A stretch of DNA of 64,000 nucleotides from Prasinococcaceae sp. CCMP 1430. Its lineage: Eukaryota > Plantae > Prasinodermophyta. Below the pieces are notes generated by a model that was given only the letters and a program-made list of their open reading frames with translations, was not told the DNA's origin and did not search any database. This document shows, one piece after another, positions 10,242-22,400 of this stretch. The position numbers were made by a program, and so were the translations under genes. The stretch lies in contig RQSC01001125.1 of the NCBI GenBank assembly GCA_013416795.1, positions 1-64,000 of the forward strand, given 5' to 3'. How positions within the stretch are numbered: the stretch's first letter is position 1; each line of letters opens with the position of its first letter.

Positions 10242-12900
10242 TCACGCGAACATGGCATCGATGGCGGATTCTCCAGGGGGCTCAAGCAGGCCTCGACTGC
10301 CGTCGCCGCCGCCGTCACCGCCGCCCCCGTCGCCGCCGGTGAGGTCGACGATGTCGCCGTCACCGCCGGTGAGGTCGACGACGTCAACCACGCCCATGGC
10401 CGCTTTGGCGGCTTCGACCGAAGCGGCGAGCTCGAGCTGCGCCCGCCGGCGCACGGCCATTCGCACCCCCGCGCCCGCGCCCTTGCTCGCAGCGCCGCCG
10501 GCGGGCGGCTTCGCCACGCCCGCGCGTGCCACCTTGAGCCGTTCCTTGGACTCCTGCCGGCGCTCCTTGCGCAGCTGCGCGCGCGTCTTGCCGCCAGGCG
10601 CCCCGGCACCGTCGTCCTCGCCGGCGCCCCCGAGCCGCCTGCCCGCCGGCGCGACAAGCACGCCGCCGGCGCCGCTCGCGCGCGCCTCGAAGCCATCGGC
10701 TGAGTCGAGACCCTCGAAATCCTCCATGGGCCGGCCGTCGAGCACGGCGTGCAGCAGGCTTCCGGGGGTCGCCTCGCCCGGCGCGGCGCGCTCCGCGGCG
10801 GCGGGCGCGCCGGCGAGGACCGCGTATTCGTAGCGGCCCTGCTCGCCGGCGTCGTGCGTGTACCAGCCGCACGCGGCCCGCAGCGCCGCCGCCGCCTGGC
10901 GGAAGGCGCCGCGCCAGCGCTTGAACTGATGCGCGCTGCTGCCGATGTCGCGCCCGCGCTCCTGCGGGTCCTCCGCGGCGAGCATTCCGCGCCGGCGGCG
11001 CGGGTCGGAGAAGTCCACCAGCGAGCGCTTGGCGCGTTTGCCGCCGTGCTGCAGCGAGAGCGCCTCGGCGTCGAAGTCGAAGGTCGGGTGCGAGGCGCTG
11101 GCGTCGCGGCCACCGAAGCGCGTGAAGAAGGTGCACAGCAGGGATGCGAGCGTCGGCTCGCCGCCCGGGCGCGGCTGCTCCCTTGAGCGCGCGGAGGCGC
11201 CGGCGCGGGCCATGCGCACGTGGCACGCGGCCATGAGCGTGAGCACGTACGAGGATATGCCGCCGTTGAAGGCCTCGTTGAGCCCGCGCGCGCGCAGGAA
11301 GGCCTTGAGCGCCAGCACGAGCGGTGCGAGCAGCGGCTCTTCGCGCTGCATGGCCAGCACGGCGCCCACGGCCTCCAAGCCATTGGTGGAGCCCACCGAC
11401 ACGTCGGCAGCTATGCCGTTTCGGAACACCAGCTTGATGATGGGTACGCGCGCTTTGGATATCACCTGTGCCTTGGACACCTCGCTGCCAGAGCGCAAGC
11501 GGTTGGCCAGCCTGTGGGAGTCAGGCAGCGGGGCGCGCGGGTGGGATGGCGCGGGTGCGTGGGTTCGCGGGTTGGGGAAAGGTGGATGTCAGCGTGCCAG
11601 TGGCGGGAGCCGGGCGCAGTGAGCCGGGCGCAGTGAGCCGCGCGCAGCGCCCGCGCGCGTCGGTGTCTCCCCGCGGGGATCTCGCCCGGTGAAAGGCCAC
11701 CTCATGCAAAGCGTCGATGCGAGGGTGGTGAGTAGTGGGCTGGCTCGCACAGGCCGACGTGCGCGCGGGCGCGGGCGTCCGGGCGCGCACCTGAAGAGGG
11801 CCGACACAACCCGTTTCTTTTCGGTGGACGTGTACCCGCCGCCGGCCTTGTTGTTCTGCACGCCGATGCCAAGCACGCACGCGTCCACATCGGCGCCGGG
11901 AAGCGACAGGCCATTCGCGCGGCTGCCGAACAGCTCCACGCGCGCGGCATTGCCGATGGTCGCGCGGCAGGCCGTGCGCAGCTCCTTCATGACAGGCGCG
12001 AGGCTCGCGTCGCCGTGCGTCGCCGCGTGCTTCGCGCAACGCGCGTGAAAGGCCGTCATCTCAGCGCTAAGCACGTCGTCGGCTGAGGCACCTTGCGTCG
12101 AGGCTGCCGCGCCCGCGCTGCAAGACGGCTCGCCCTGCTCGCCCTGTGCGTGGCGCCGCGTCGTCGCGAGAGCGGGCGCCCGTGGGGTCAGCATCCCGTC
12201 GCGTGCACGCGCGGGCGAGCGAGCGCGCGAGCGCGGCACATGAGCGCGCGTCTCCTCACCTCGTTCCCCGCGCCACCGGCCACGCTCGAAACGCCCAGCA
12301 CATCGGCCCACTCTGCGATGAGCGCGGCCTCGCCCGCGGGCTTGACGCGGCCTGGCGCCGCGGGCGCGGTGTCAAAGAGGGGGCGCACGCTCGCGGCGCC
12401 ACGCGCTCGCGCCGCGCGCGCCTCGTCGCGCGCTCGCCGCAGCCACGCGCTCGCGCCGCGCGCGCCTCGTCGCTGTCGGCGCCGCCCCCTCGCGGCGCTC
12501 TCGCCTTGGGCGCGGCGCTCTTGGCCTTTGGCGAGGAGGCCTTCTTGGCCCGCCCCGAGGCTGCCTTTGCCGCCTTACCCGCCTTGCCACTCTTCTTTGA
12601 CCCCGGCGGCGCGCGCGCGGCGGCCGGCGCGCCGCCCCTGGTGAGCTCCTGCAGCTGCTTCGCGATGCGCTTGGCGGGCGGGGCGTGCGGCGTGTGCGCG
12701 CTCTCCGAGAGCTTCGCCCACGTCCCGGCGGCCACCTTGCGCTTCGATACCAGCGCGGCCGCCCCGCCCTTGGCTCCTGCCTTGGCGCCGCCGTTGGCCG
12801 GCTTGCGCTTCGCGACTGCGCCAGCGGGCGCCCCGGCGCGCCCCTTAGCGCCGGCGCGCGACGGCCTGCTCGCCACCGCGCGCGTGTGGCAGCCGGCGAG
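10242..12900 (-). CDS. Non-canonical poly(A) polymerase / terminal nucleotidyltransferase (TRF4/PAPD5 family); multi-exon, start codon unresolved
   Basis: VELFGSRANGLSLPGADVD (GS...DxD), KARVPIIKL...ADVS, LVLALKAFLRARGLNEAFNGGISSYVL, LAAEDPQERGRDIGSS. Intron 11512-11790 joins SALFR|LANRLRSG; a further intron lies at about 12147-12260. Confidence 0.88.
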
Positions 12901-13431
12901 CCGCCGCAACCAACAGCCGCCGCCGCCGCCGCGCGGCGCACCGACCGAACGCCGAAAGAGGGCGGAGCGACCAACCGAAACCGAAACAACGAACGAACGA
13001 ACGACTCATCCAACCATCGACCAATGCAATTCACGCCCCCAACCAACGAATAATCGCGATTCGAATTCGATCTCGCCCTCGAATGATCGATTCATGGCCG
13101 GCCCGCCAACAAAAATCAATCAATCAATGGCGCCAACCGGCGCTCGCCGACCTGTCCAAGCGCTGGCCGCGGGCGAAAGCGCATCGGAGACGGCGTTGCC
13201 CGTCTCTGCGCGCGCGCGGCTCTGCCGGCAGGTGCGCCGCGGCGCGGCGGCAGTGCGTGTCTATTCTCCACCCACCCACCCACCCACCCGGTGCTTGACG
13301 AGCACGTCCGGCATCACCAACCAACCCAAGTGCCGGCACAGCCGTTGACACCGACAACAGACAAGACGCGGGGATGCTCCATTACTTCGCTAGCGGCCGT
13401 GCGTTGGGCGTGCCAACGGCCAGCGCGGCAA

Positions 13432-16400
13432 TCAGAGCGCGTCTACGACGTCCAGCCGGACGGTGAGCGGTCTCTGCGGCACCTCCGCTGGTCGCGCCTC
13501 GAGGGTTGCCGCCACGAGCTCGTCGAAGTCCTGCTGCGTCTCCAGACGAATGAGGTCACCCTCGCGGTCCAGGTAGCGCATCTTCAGCGCGGCGGGCGGG
13601 GCGCAGCCGATGGCGGTGGCCACGCGCGCGATGACGGTGGCGAGCGCAGCTTGCGCGGCGGGCATGCGCACCCGCACAGTTTCGCCTCCGTACCTGCGCG
13701 TGATACATTGTCGAACGCGAAGATGCGCAGCGGCATCACGGGTCAGCCACGCGGGTGTGGTGGTGGTGGCGTCGTGTGTGTGGTGGTGGTGGTGTAGCGC
13801 AGTTTTCACGAGTGGCACGAGCGTCCAGGGTGAGCGCACGCACTTGGCTTTGATCACGATGTCTCCGCTGTCTCCGCACGCAGTCACGTCGGACCCCGGC
13901 TGCGTAATCTGCTGCTGCTGCAGCGCGTTGGTCTGTGGCAAGTTCTCTTGGTGCACGTAGCCGCTCGCAGTGGGGTCGTTGGTGTTGCCCCCCTCGGGGA
14001 AATTCGACGCCTCCTCGGGCGAGCCGTCCTTTCCAGCACCGCGCGGCACCACGTGGTGGGGCGCGGGCGGGGCTGGGCCGATGGGAAGGGCGCCGACCGC
14101 CAGGGGTGGCACTCCTGCCAGCCTTGCGAGGATGTGATGCGGGCCAGCGTGCGGGAGCTCTGCTTTCTGCATCAAGTGCGCGGCCTGATGGCCCGCCGAG
14201 CCGCCACAGTCCTCGCCATTTGCAGGCGTGCTGACGCCAACGAGCTGTGCGAGCATGCCGGGCGTCAGGGCATGCGTCGCCAAAGCGTAGGGGGCGTTAG
14301 TCTGCCCAGGCGTGGCCGGAAGGCTCCCGGGGAGGGGCGTCAGCGGAAATGGCGACATGCCAGGGCCGAGCGGCGTAAAGCCTTGCAGGCTCAGCAGCGG
14401 CGGCGTATGGCCCGACTGTCCCAAGGGGAGGGAAGCGCCTAGCCCCGCCATCATGCCCCGCGGGGGCACATCTCGTGGCATGACCCCTTGTAACGTCTGC
14501 GTGCCGTACTGGTATGGTGAGAGCTGAGGAGGGCCGCCTCCTTGCCGAGGGGGGGCGACCGCGGCGTCGCCATTGCCCGCATCAGGCACGGCCTCGGTGT
14601 GCCCGTAGAGACCGGCGGACGCCGCTAGCCTCTCGCCGTGGGGCAATGACGACGGTGTGCGCGCGTGCTCGCCAGCGACACCGCCGCCGTCGGCGCCAGA
14701 TGGCGTTGCACCAATCGACCCCAGCGCCCCCCCGCTGACGTCCTCGTGCAGCTTGCGCAGATCAGAGTCCATAACGTCCATCTTCTTGAGCTTCCTGCAA
14801 GGCCAGCGCATGATGCCGTGCGCGCGGCAGATGCGCTTTAGAGTAGTCGTGCAGACGCCGAGCGCCTTGGACGCGTCGACGAGCTTCATGTGGAAGTGAC
14901 TCTGCAGCGTCTGGATCGAAACGCCTCGATCAGACTGCTTTCGCTTTTTCGCGCTCTGTTTGTCACCCGCCGTGTCGCGCGCCGATGGGTTGGGATCATC
15001 GGCAACCCCTGTGGCCGCAGCTCGGGCGACATCCGTCGGCTGCGCTGCCCGCTCGTCGTCTTGCTGCACGAGCTCGATGCGTTTGAGCTTTTGCAATTTG
15101 TTTCGATGCTTGGACGAGCCATAAAATGTGCCGCTGTCCTCCTCCACCGCGCTCGATGGGGCGTGTGCTGGCGCCGTCGTGGCGCCACCAGCCGCGGTTG
15201 CAGCGGTCGCAGCAGCTGCAGCAGCGGCGCGTGCGGGCAACTCGCCAGCTAACGCCTCCTCCGCTCTCTCCTTGGCCTCGGAGTCCTCGCGTGCTCGCCT
15301 CTCCCTCTCGAGGCGGCCGATGTCATCGGGCAGCACCAAGCGCACATCGACTCCGCATTCCTTCGCGCCAGTGCGCGTGAGCTCTGCAAGCTGAGCGATG
15401 ACCCTGGCAGCGGCGGTGGCGACGGCGTCGCTGCTGCGGGAGGCCATCCCCCGAAACACAATCTCGACAACGACGCGGCATGTGCGGCTCTGCTCTGCGT
15501 CGCCTGCCGCCACCGTATGTGTCTGTGCCATCTCACGCGCTCGCTCCTCCCCCGTGCTCCCCGCCACCGTCTGCTCTGCGGGCGCTCCATCTCTCTGAGA
15601 GCCGCCGTCCTTGGTCCCTCCTTGCCGATCGGCCTCCGGCTCGCGTGCGCCCGGCGCACTGTCCTCGGGTAACGGCATTTGGACAGCGTCTATTGCGCAC
15701 GAGGCCAAGCTGGTCGCTCCGCTGATGCGCGCCACGTCCCGCAGGGGACACTCGAAGAGGTCGGCGGAGGCGAGGTCGGCCGTCACCACCAGGGAACCCT
15801 CGTCGAAGGCCCGCACGACACTGGGCGTTCGTGTCGATGCCTCAGATTGCCGATAGCTCGCCGTCGACGTGTCGTAACTCTGCGAGCAGCACACGCGCCG
15901 GTAGCCCCAGGCGGCACTGCCTTTACCTGAGACAGCGAACGGGAAGCGCGCGGCGGAGAGGCACGGCGGGCTTGGTGCAGTTCGCAGGGCATCCGGCTGC
16001 GGCCCCCGCTGTTGCAGTTCGTCGCCCCCCTGGCCGCTCAGGAACCTTGCTGGACCGCCGTCGTCGAGCGCCCAACACTGAACCAGCATCACCTCGACGT
16101 CGCCCACCGCGCCGCCGCCGCTGCGAGCACAGTCGAGGCCAGAGTCACCACTGAGGAGTTTGATCATCGCTGGCGCGAGTCCTGCCGGCACGGGAACGCG
16201 CGGGACGCCGGCGAGGTCGGCGCTGCCCCACGCGCCCGGGGGGACCGCCACGTCCACGCTGCCCGCCGCCGCTGATGGCGGCGGCGGCGGGCTCGTTTCG
16301 ATCCCCTCCTTTCGTAGCAGCGCCTTCACACGCCCGCACATCTCCTCTTTGAAGTGGATATCTTCCGCCAGGCTGGTGACCTCGAGCACGCCGTACGCGC

Positions 16401-17042
16401 CATTGAAGCCGTGCGGGGCGGCCCCAGGCGTCGGCTCCTCGCTCGCGCCGATGAAGAGCGGCAGCGCCATGGTCGCGCGCACGCCCAGGGAGTATGCTTT
16501 GCCGAGCCGTAAGAATTCTTCGTCTCGATAGAGGCTGACGTTCGGGCTGAATTCCGGCCGGCCGCTCAGCAGCACGCGCCCGGGCATGTGCGCGCGCGCC
16601 GCGCCGCGCGCGAGGCGCATGTCGAAGTCACAGCTGTGGGTGCGATACCGCGCGAGCGCCCCATTCGGGCTGCGCGACGCTCCGCCCGCACCCAGCGCGA
16701 ACGGCTGCCCGAGCGTCCTGGCCATGTGCGAGCCACCCTTTGACTGGACGACGCGCCACACCTGTGCGATGCAAGCGAGCGGTGCGAGCGCGCGACGCCG
16801 TTGCTGTAAGCTCGGCAGGGCGTGCGCGGGCGTGCGCGTCGCATGTTTTTTTGGCGGCGCGCTCTGATCGCACTACGCCGGGTGGGTCTCCCCTCCGACC
16901 CGCGCCGCGCGGCGGGGCGCGGAGGCGCGCAGACGCTCTCGCCGACATCCCGCGCGCCACGTACCTGCACGAGAATGTCATCGGAGCTCTCCGCGGCTCG
17001 CGTGCACACGCGCTGAAGGGCGGCGTTGTAGTCGTCGGACAT
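13432..17042 (-). CDS. NLP: NIN-like protein (GAF-like N-terminal region + RWP-RK + C-terminal PB1); exons 17042-16965, 16761-13844, 13693-13432
   Basis: Exon1+2 join gives DILVQ|VWRVVQ...RTLGQPF (NLP N-terminal motif). RWP-RK domain SIQTLQSHFHMKLVDASKALGVCTTTLKRICRAHGIMRWPCRKLKK. Splicing of 13694-13843 gives PB1 VIKAKYGGETVRVRM...MRYLDREGDLIRLETQQDFDE. Confidence 0.92.
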
Positions 17043-17353
17043 ATTTCAGGGAAACCCCTCTCTCCCCTTCCCTCGGTGCGTACCACCAGCGACGAGCCAC
17101 AGGGTGGCTCGCCGCCACTCTTGACGGGCGCACGCGCGTCGCTGGCGCCCCCGCACGCGCACGGCCGGCCGTCAGGGCGGCCGGCGCCTCGTGCCAGTCG
17201 GGCCCGAGATGCCCACTGGCTGGCGGCGGTGCGCGCGCGCTGCCCCGGGGCGCCGTTTTTGCTGTTTGGCGCCGAGCGAGAGGCGGCCGAGGAAAAAAAA
17301 AACGCGGTCCCACGAGCGGCGCTCGGGCGCTCCCGCCCGCGCGGCCGCTCCGC

Positions 17354-18009
17354 NNNNNNNNNNNNNNNNNNNNNNNNNNNNNNNNNNNNNNNNNNNNNNN
17401 NNNNNNNNNNNNNNNNNNNNNNNNNNNNNNNNNNNNNNNNNNNNNNNNNNNNNNNNNNNNNNNNNNNNNNNNNNNNNNNNNNNNNNNNNNNNNNNNNNNN
17501 NNNNNNNNNNNNNNNNNNNNNNNNNNNNNNNNNNNNNNNNNNNNNNNNNNNNNNNNNNNNNNNNNNNNNNNNNNNNNNNNNNNNNNNNNNNNNNNNNNNN
17601 NNNNNNNNNNNNNNNNNNNNNNNNNNNNNNNNNNNNNNNNNNNNNNNNNNNNNNNNNNNNNNNNNNNNNNNNNNNNNNNNNNNNNNNNNNNNNNNNNNNN
17701 NNNNNNNNNNNNNNNNNNNNNNNNNNNNNNNNNNNNNNNNNNNNNNNNNNNNNNNNNNNNNNNNNNNNNNNNNNNNNNNNNNNNNNNNNNNNNNNNNNNN
17801 NNNNNNNNNNNNNNNNNNNNNNNNNNNNNNNNNNNNNNNNNNNNNNNNNNNNNNNNNNNNNNNNNNNNNNNNNNNNNNNNNNNNNNNNNNNNNNNNNNNN
17901 NNNNNNNNNNNNNNNNNNNNNNNNNNNNNNNNNNNNNNNNNNNNNNNNNNNNNNNNNNNNNNNNNNNNNNNNNNNNNNNNNNNNNNNNNNNNNNNNNNNN
18001 NNNNNNNNN
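17354..18009. other. Assembly gap (N run)
   Basis: Run of N. Confidence 1.
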
Positions 18010-18474
18010 CGCGCCGCGGCGCGCGGCCGCGGCGGCGCACGCGCTGGCCATCGCCATTGCCGCGGCGGGGGCGGGGGAGCGGAGTGCGACGAGCCTCGCG
18101 CGCGACGCCTGGAGGCCTTCCTGGGCGGCGCTCCTCGTGCGCTCCGTCACCGGCGTGTGGCACCGACGCCACCCAACCGATTGCAACCGACCCCGCCGTC
18201 CGCCGGGCGGCCGCTCTCTTTTTGATGGCCTTTTGCGTCGCCGCCGGCAGAATCTTTTTCCCGCGTGGCGTCGCGCGGCCGGATCGTTCGGCCAGGGTGG
18301 CAGCCCGGCAGGGGAGATGCGGCGCACAGACACAGGCCGCTGCACTTTCTTAGAGTTACAGTTGGCAGCACCTCGCTCCGTAGCCGCACCCGAGCAGCAT
18401 GGGGGTCTCACCCTCTAGTAGATACTCTAGTCGGTAAATCCTCGACGCGTCGGCGCCGCCTGCGAGGGACCTAC

Positions 18475-20763
18475 CTACCTGCGCAGGTTGGCGAAGATGC
18501 CGTCCAGGTTGTCCCTGCCGCCGCCGGGCGCGCTGCGTCCTTCGCCACCGGCGCCCGCGCTGGCCGCGCGCGATGCGAGGCGCGCCTTGGCCTCCTCCCA
18601 CGAGCGGTCGCCGCCGCCGCCGCGAACGGCGCTCCCGGCGTACCTGCCGCCGCCTCCGCCTCCGCCGTAGCGCGACTGCTGCCCCACCTCGCGCGTTCCG
18701 CGCAGGGGCCGCCCGTCGGCCGAGCCCGTCTCACCCACCAGCAGCTCAGAGGCTTCGCCGCCGTCGCCTCCCAACGAGAGCTCATGGCGCTGAAGCAGCC
18801 GCCGGCACCTCTCCTCGAGCGCCACCATCCTGTCACCCCCGTCGTCGTCGTCAATGTCCGCGTACTCGTCCGCGCTCGAGCTGAAGAAGCGTCCCACAAG
18901 CCGTCCGCAGCACCCGCCCACATTGAGCAAGGATAGCGCGCACACCACCACGAGCACAATGGGTGCGTACGAAACGAAGTCGCGCCCGCCGAAGATGGGG
19001 ATGCGGTCCATGACGTGCATGGTCTTTGAGAACGCCGTCGCCGCGCCCTCGCGCTTTGCGCCAGGGCACCCGATGGAGCCGTAGGGCGGTGTGTGCAGCA
19101 CGGCCAGGAAGTTGTACGCGAGCGGCGCTGCGAGACGAGCCATAAGTGCCGCGTTGAGAGTAAGGCTCACCGCGTCCGAGTGCCCGGGCGTCAGCGAGTA
19201 GTGGTTGAAGAGCCTCACCTTGAAGAGCGAGTAGTAGGTGCACACGACGACGTACAGCAGTGGCAGCAGGGTGTAGGCGGCGAGCAGCCACCCGTCGTCC
19301 GAATCCTCCGTGCCCTCTCCGCCGCACGCCGAGCGGACCAACGCAGAGAACGCGCTTAAGTCCGAGCTCAGGCCCGTGTACGAGGCGGCCGTCACCTCGG
19401 CGAGCACGGTGGCGACCGAGGCCGCCGCGAGTGCCACCGAGCCCGCGCGCCGCACCCACGGCTCAACAAAGCACACCCACATGCGTCGCACGCCCGAGCC
19501 TGAGAGTGCGCCCGCGCCGTACGCTGCTCCGCTCGCCTCCTGCGCGCACGCGTCGGCGGCGCGCGCAGCGCGCGCGGCTCGTGCGGTGGCGTCCTCCCAG
19601 CGCGCGACCGTCGCACGCGCGCGCCGCAGGCGGCGCCGCAGCGCCGCCACCCCGGCGACGTCCGCGTCGTAGTCCTCCGCGCCGCCCTCCTCAACCGCCG
19701 CCTCCACGTCACCCTCGTCGACCTCGCACGCCCACGAGCTTTCGCGCGACTGCGCCTGGGCGCGCGCGCGGGCCTCCGCGTCCTCCTCCAGCACCACGTT
19801 CACGTACGGTCGCAGCTCATCCCGGCGGCTCATCTGAACGTCGACGGCGCCCAGCGCTCCGCGCGCCGCGCGCAGCTCCGCCGCGGCGCCGCGGGCGCTT
19901 CTCGCGCACGAGTCGAGCTCAACAAAGGCCCAACGGCGGCGGGACGACACGCCGGCGTTGCGCCACGCGCTACGGGGAATCTCCACCATCCCGTACCCCA
20001 GCGCAGCGAGCGCGACGAGCAGGCCCCACGCGTTCGACGCTGCCATCGCGACGCCCGCGAGGCCGCCCACGCTGAGCTCACCGCTTGCAATCAGCAGCAC
20101 TACGCCCAATGCGCCCACGCCGCCGACCGCCGCATAGAAGAAGGCGTTGGTGCGCAGCGCGTGCTGCGCGCGCGCGCGCGCGCTGAAGGCGCCGCTGTCC
20201 GCGTACATCTGCACGAAGGGCAACAGCGCCCACGTGAGCACAAACATCGACCAGTAGACGCCCGACCACAGCGACGTGAGCACCGCCTCGGCGTCGTGTG
20301 TGCCGGCGCTGCTCTTCGCAAGCGTCGCCTGCACGTCGGCCGGCGTGAGGGCCAGGATCGACAGGCAGCACGCCCATGTGTACCTGTCAGTGCGCGCGCG
20401 TTGACCGGGTCGGGTTTGGGTAGGAGGTCGGGGAATGTGGGTCAGTGGCAAAGCGCTCATCTGGAGAGGACAGGAGGGTGGCAGGCGCGGGAAGGAGCAG
20501 CACGCGAGGGCGAGACCACCAGACAGCGGCGCGCGCAGTGTCGCGCGAGGTGGCGGGCCCGTATGCGCGCAGATGCATGACAGAAAGAAGGGATGCGGGA
20601 GGGGGCGCGTCTCCGCTCGTTCGCTCGCTGGGCGCGCGTACCACGTGATGGCGAGCGTCGCCGCGCCGTTGACTTTCAGCCCTGCCGAGAAGCGCATGAG
20701 CTGCAGGGCGGCAGCAAGCGCCGTGGCGGGAAGCAGCAGGGCCAGCGACAACGGCACCGCCAT
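18475..20763 (-). CDS. LMBR1-like membrane protein (LMBRD2 type); intron 20384-20641
   Basis: Spliced ITWYTWACCLSILALTPADV; WSGVYWSMFVLTWALLPFVQMYADSG; LGYGMVEIPRSAWR; CTYYSLFKVRLFNHYSLTPGHSD; RLAAPLAYNFL. Confidence 0.9.
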   Translation of the reverse strand: MAVPLSLALLLPATALAAALQLMRFSAGLKVNGAATLAITWYARPASERAETRPLPHPFFLSCICAHTGPPPRATLRAPLSGGLALACCSFPRLPPSCPLQMSALPLTHIPRPPTQTRPGQRARTDRYTWACCLSILALTPADVQATLAKSSAGTHDAEAVLTSLWSGVYWSMFVLTWALLPFVQMYADSGAFSARARAQHALRTNAFFYAAVGGVGALGVVLLIASGELSVGGLAGVAMAASNAWGLLVALAALGYGMVEIPRSAWRNAGVSSRRRWAFVELDSCARSARGAAAELRAARGALGAVDVQMSRRDELRPYVNVVLEEDAEARARAQAQSRESSWACEVDEGDVEAAVEEGGAEDYDADVAGVAALRRRLRRARATVARWEDATARAARAARAADACAQEASGAAYGAGALSGSGVRRMWVCFVEPWVRRAGSVALAAASVATVLAEVTAASYTGLSSDLSAFSALVRSACGGEGTEDSDDGWLLAAYTLLPLLYVVVCTYYSLFKVRLFNHYSLTPGHSDAVSLTLNAALMARLAAPLAYNFLAVLHTPPYGSIGCPGAKREGAATAFSKTMHVMDRIPIFGGRDFVSYAPIVLVVVCALSLLNVGGCCGRLVGRFFSSSADEYADIDDDDGGDRMVALEERCRRLLQRHELSLGGDGGEASELLVGETGSADGRPLRGTREVGQQSRYGGGGGGGRYAGSAVRGGGGDRSWEEAKARLASRAASAGAGGEGRSAPGGGRDNLDGIFANLRR

Positions 20764-21101
20764 GGCTGCCCGCGAAGCACCCCGCCTCGCAACCACGGCA
20801 CTCCGCCTACCCACAACCCCACCCCGGATGCGCTCGCCCGGGTGCCGGGCCGGGCCGGCGCACGCGCCGTGCGCGCTCTCTATGCCACCTCCGGCGCCCA
20901 CCCGCCAGCCCGCGCGCCCGCCCCCCTCCCTCCCGCGGGCGCGCGCCGCGCCCGCCCCCATCACGGCAGCGCCAGGCGCTCGGGGAACCCACCCCGTCCT
21001 CGCGGGTGCGTTTTGCACTGCGTTCCCAAAAAAGCAACAACCAACATAGACCCTAAAAATAACCCTATATATGGTTAGGGTATGGCAGCGCGTCCGCGTG
21101 G

Positions 21102-21850
21102 TCATTGCGCTCGCGCCTGCCTCGCGATCCGCCGCTGCTCCTCGAGCACCGTCAGCAGGGCCGCCTTCGTGTCCTCCATGCTGCAGCCGGTGTCAATGAC
21201 CACGTCCGCCCTCCTGCGCTTCTCCTCGTCGGGCATCTGCTTTGCGAGGATGGCGTCGAGCTTGGCAGCGCTCATGCCAGGCCGCGCGAGCACCCGCTCG
21301 CGCTGCGCGGCCTCGGGCGCTGATACCACCAGCACGGCATCTAGCACACCCGCGCAGTCGAGGCGCGTCTCGTAGAGCAGCGGGACGTCCAGGACGACCA
21401 CCTGGCGCGCGCCGCGAAAGAGGGGTCGCGAGTGCCGGCGCGAGGGAAGTCAGTTGCAGTTGCCGCGGCGGACCGCGCGCCCGGCGGCGAGAGCGGAGCT
21501 GGAGGCGCGGGCGGGCGCGCGCGTACCTCGTGCCCCTCCGCATCGCGCTCCTCGAGCCAGCGCTCGCGGTGCGCCGCGACGAGCGGGTGCACGACGCCCT
21601 CGAGCGTCTTCATCGCCGCGTCATTGCCCACAACGAGGGCGCCGAGCGCGCGCCGGTCGACACCGCCGTCGCCGCCGAGCACCTCGCGGCCAAAGGCCGC
21701 GGCCACCGGCTCGACCGCCGCGCCGCCTGGCGCGTACAGCTCGTGCACTGCGGCGTCGGCGTCCGCGACGGGCACGCCCGCGTCGCGCAGCACGGCCGCA
21801 CACGCGCTCTTGCCCATGCCAATGGATCCCGTGAGGCCCAGCACGCGCAT
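21102..21850 (-). CDS. coaE: Dephospho-CoA kinase (CoaE family); intron 21402-21526
   Basis: [15 protein letters not shown] (P-loop), [68 protein letters not shown]. Confidence 0.93.
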
Positions 21851-22400
21851 CGCCGCTGCCGCCGCCGCGGCTGGTGGGGTGCGAGGTGATCAACGAGGTG
21901 ACCTTCTTGCGCGAGAGCGTCTGCATCGCGGCGGGCGCGCGCAGCGGCATGCGCACGCGCGCGCGCGTGCGCTGTGGCGACCAGCAGCTCGCCGCCCTCC
22001 CCACGCACTCCCAGCTGCAGCGCTCGCAGACGGGCGTCGCGACATGCACCGCCGTGAAGAGATTGTGCAGGCGTCCGCATTGACCGACGATCCAGACTGC
22101 TTGGCGACGTCACATGGCCATGAATGGCTTCAAGCGTTTGGTCTGTGGGAGGACGCGTGGGCCCGTGAACTTGCACGAGGACACGCCTAGCTAGCGCGCT
22201 CTTCGCACGCGCCAGGCGGACGCCGCGCAGGGCGGCCTGTAGCGAGACACCGCCCGTGCGAGGCAGACGCAGCTAGCTGACTGGAGAGCGCAGCAGAAGA
22301 GCCAACAACATCATTAGTGCACCGCCAATCGTCCCCAATTCGGTAGCCATTCTCTAGCTAGCCGCAGCTAGCTCGAGTAGCGCGCGACCGTAACCCACCT

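Noticed and set aside
404-20641. Stop-free 3n introns (404-592, 13694-13843, 20384-20641) as regulated intron retention
   Set aside because: Stop codons are rare at this GC content and splicing restores conserved motifs; there is no evidence of retention.
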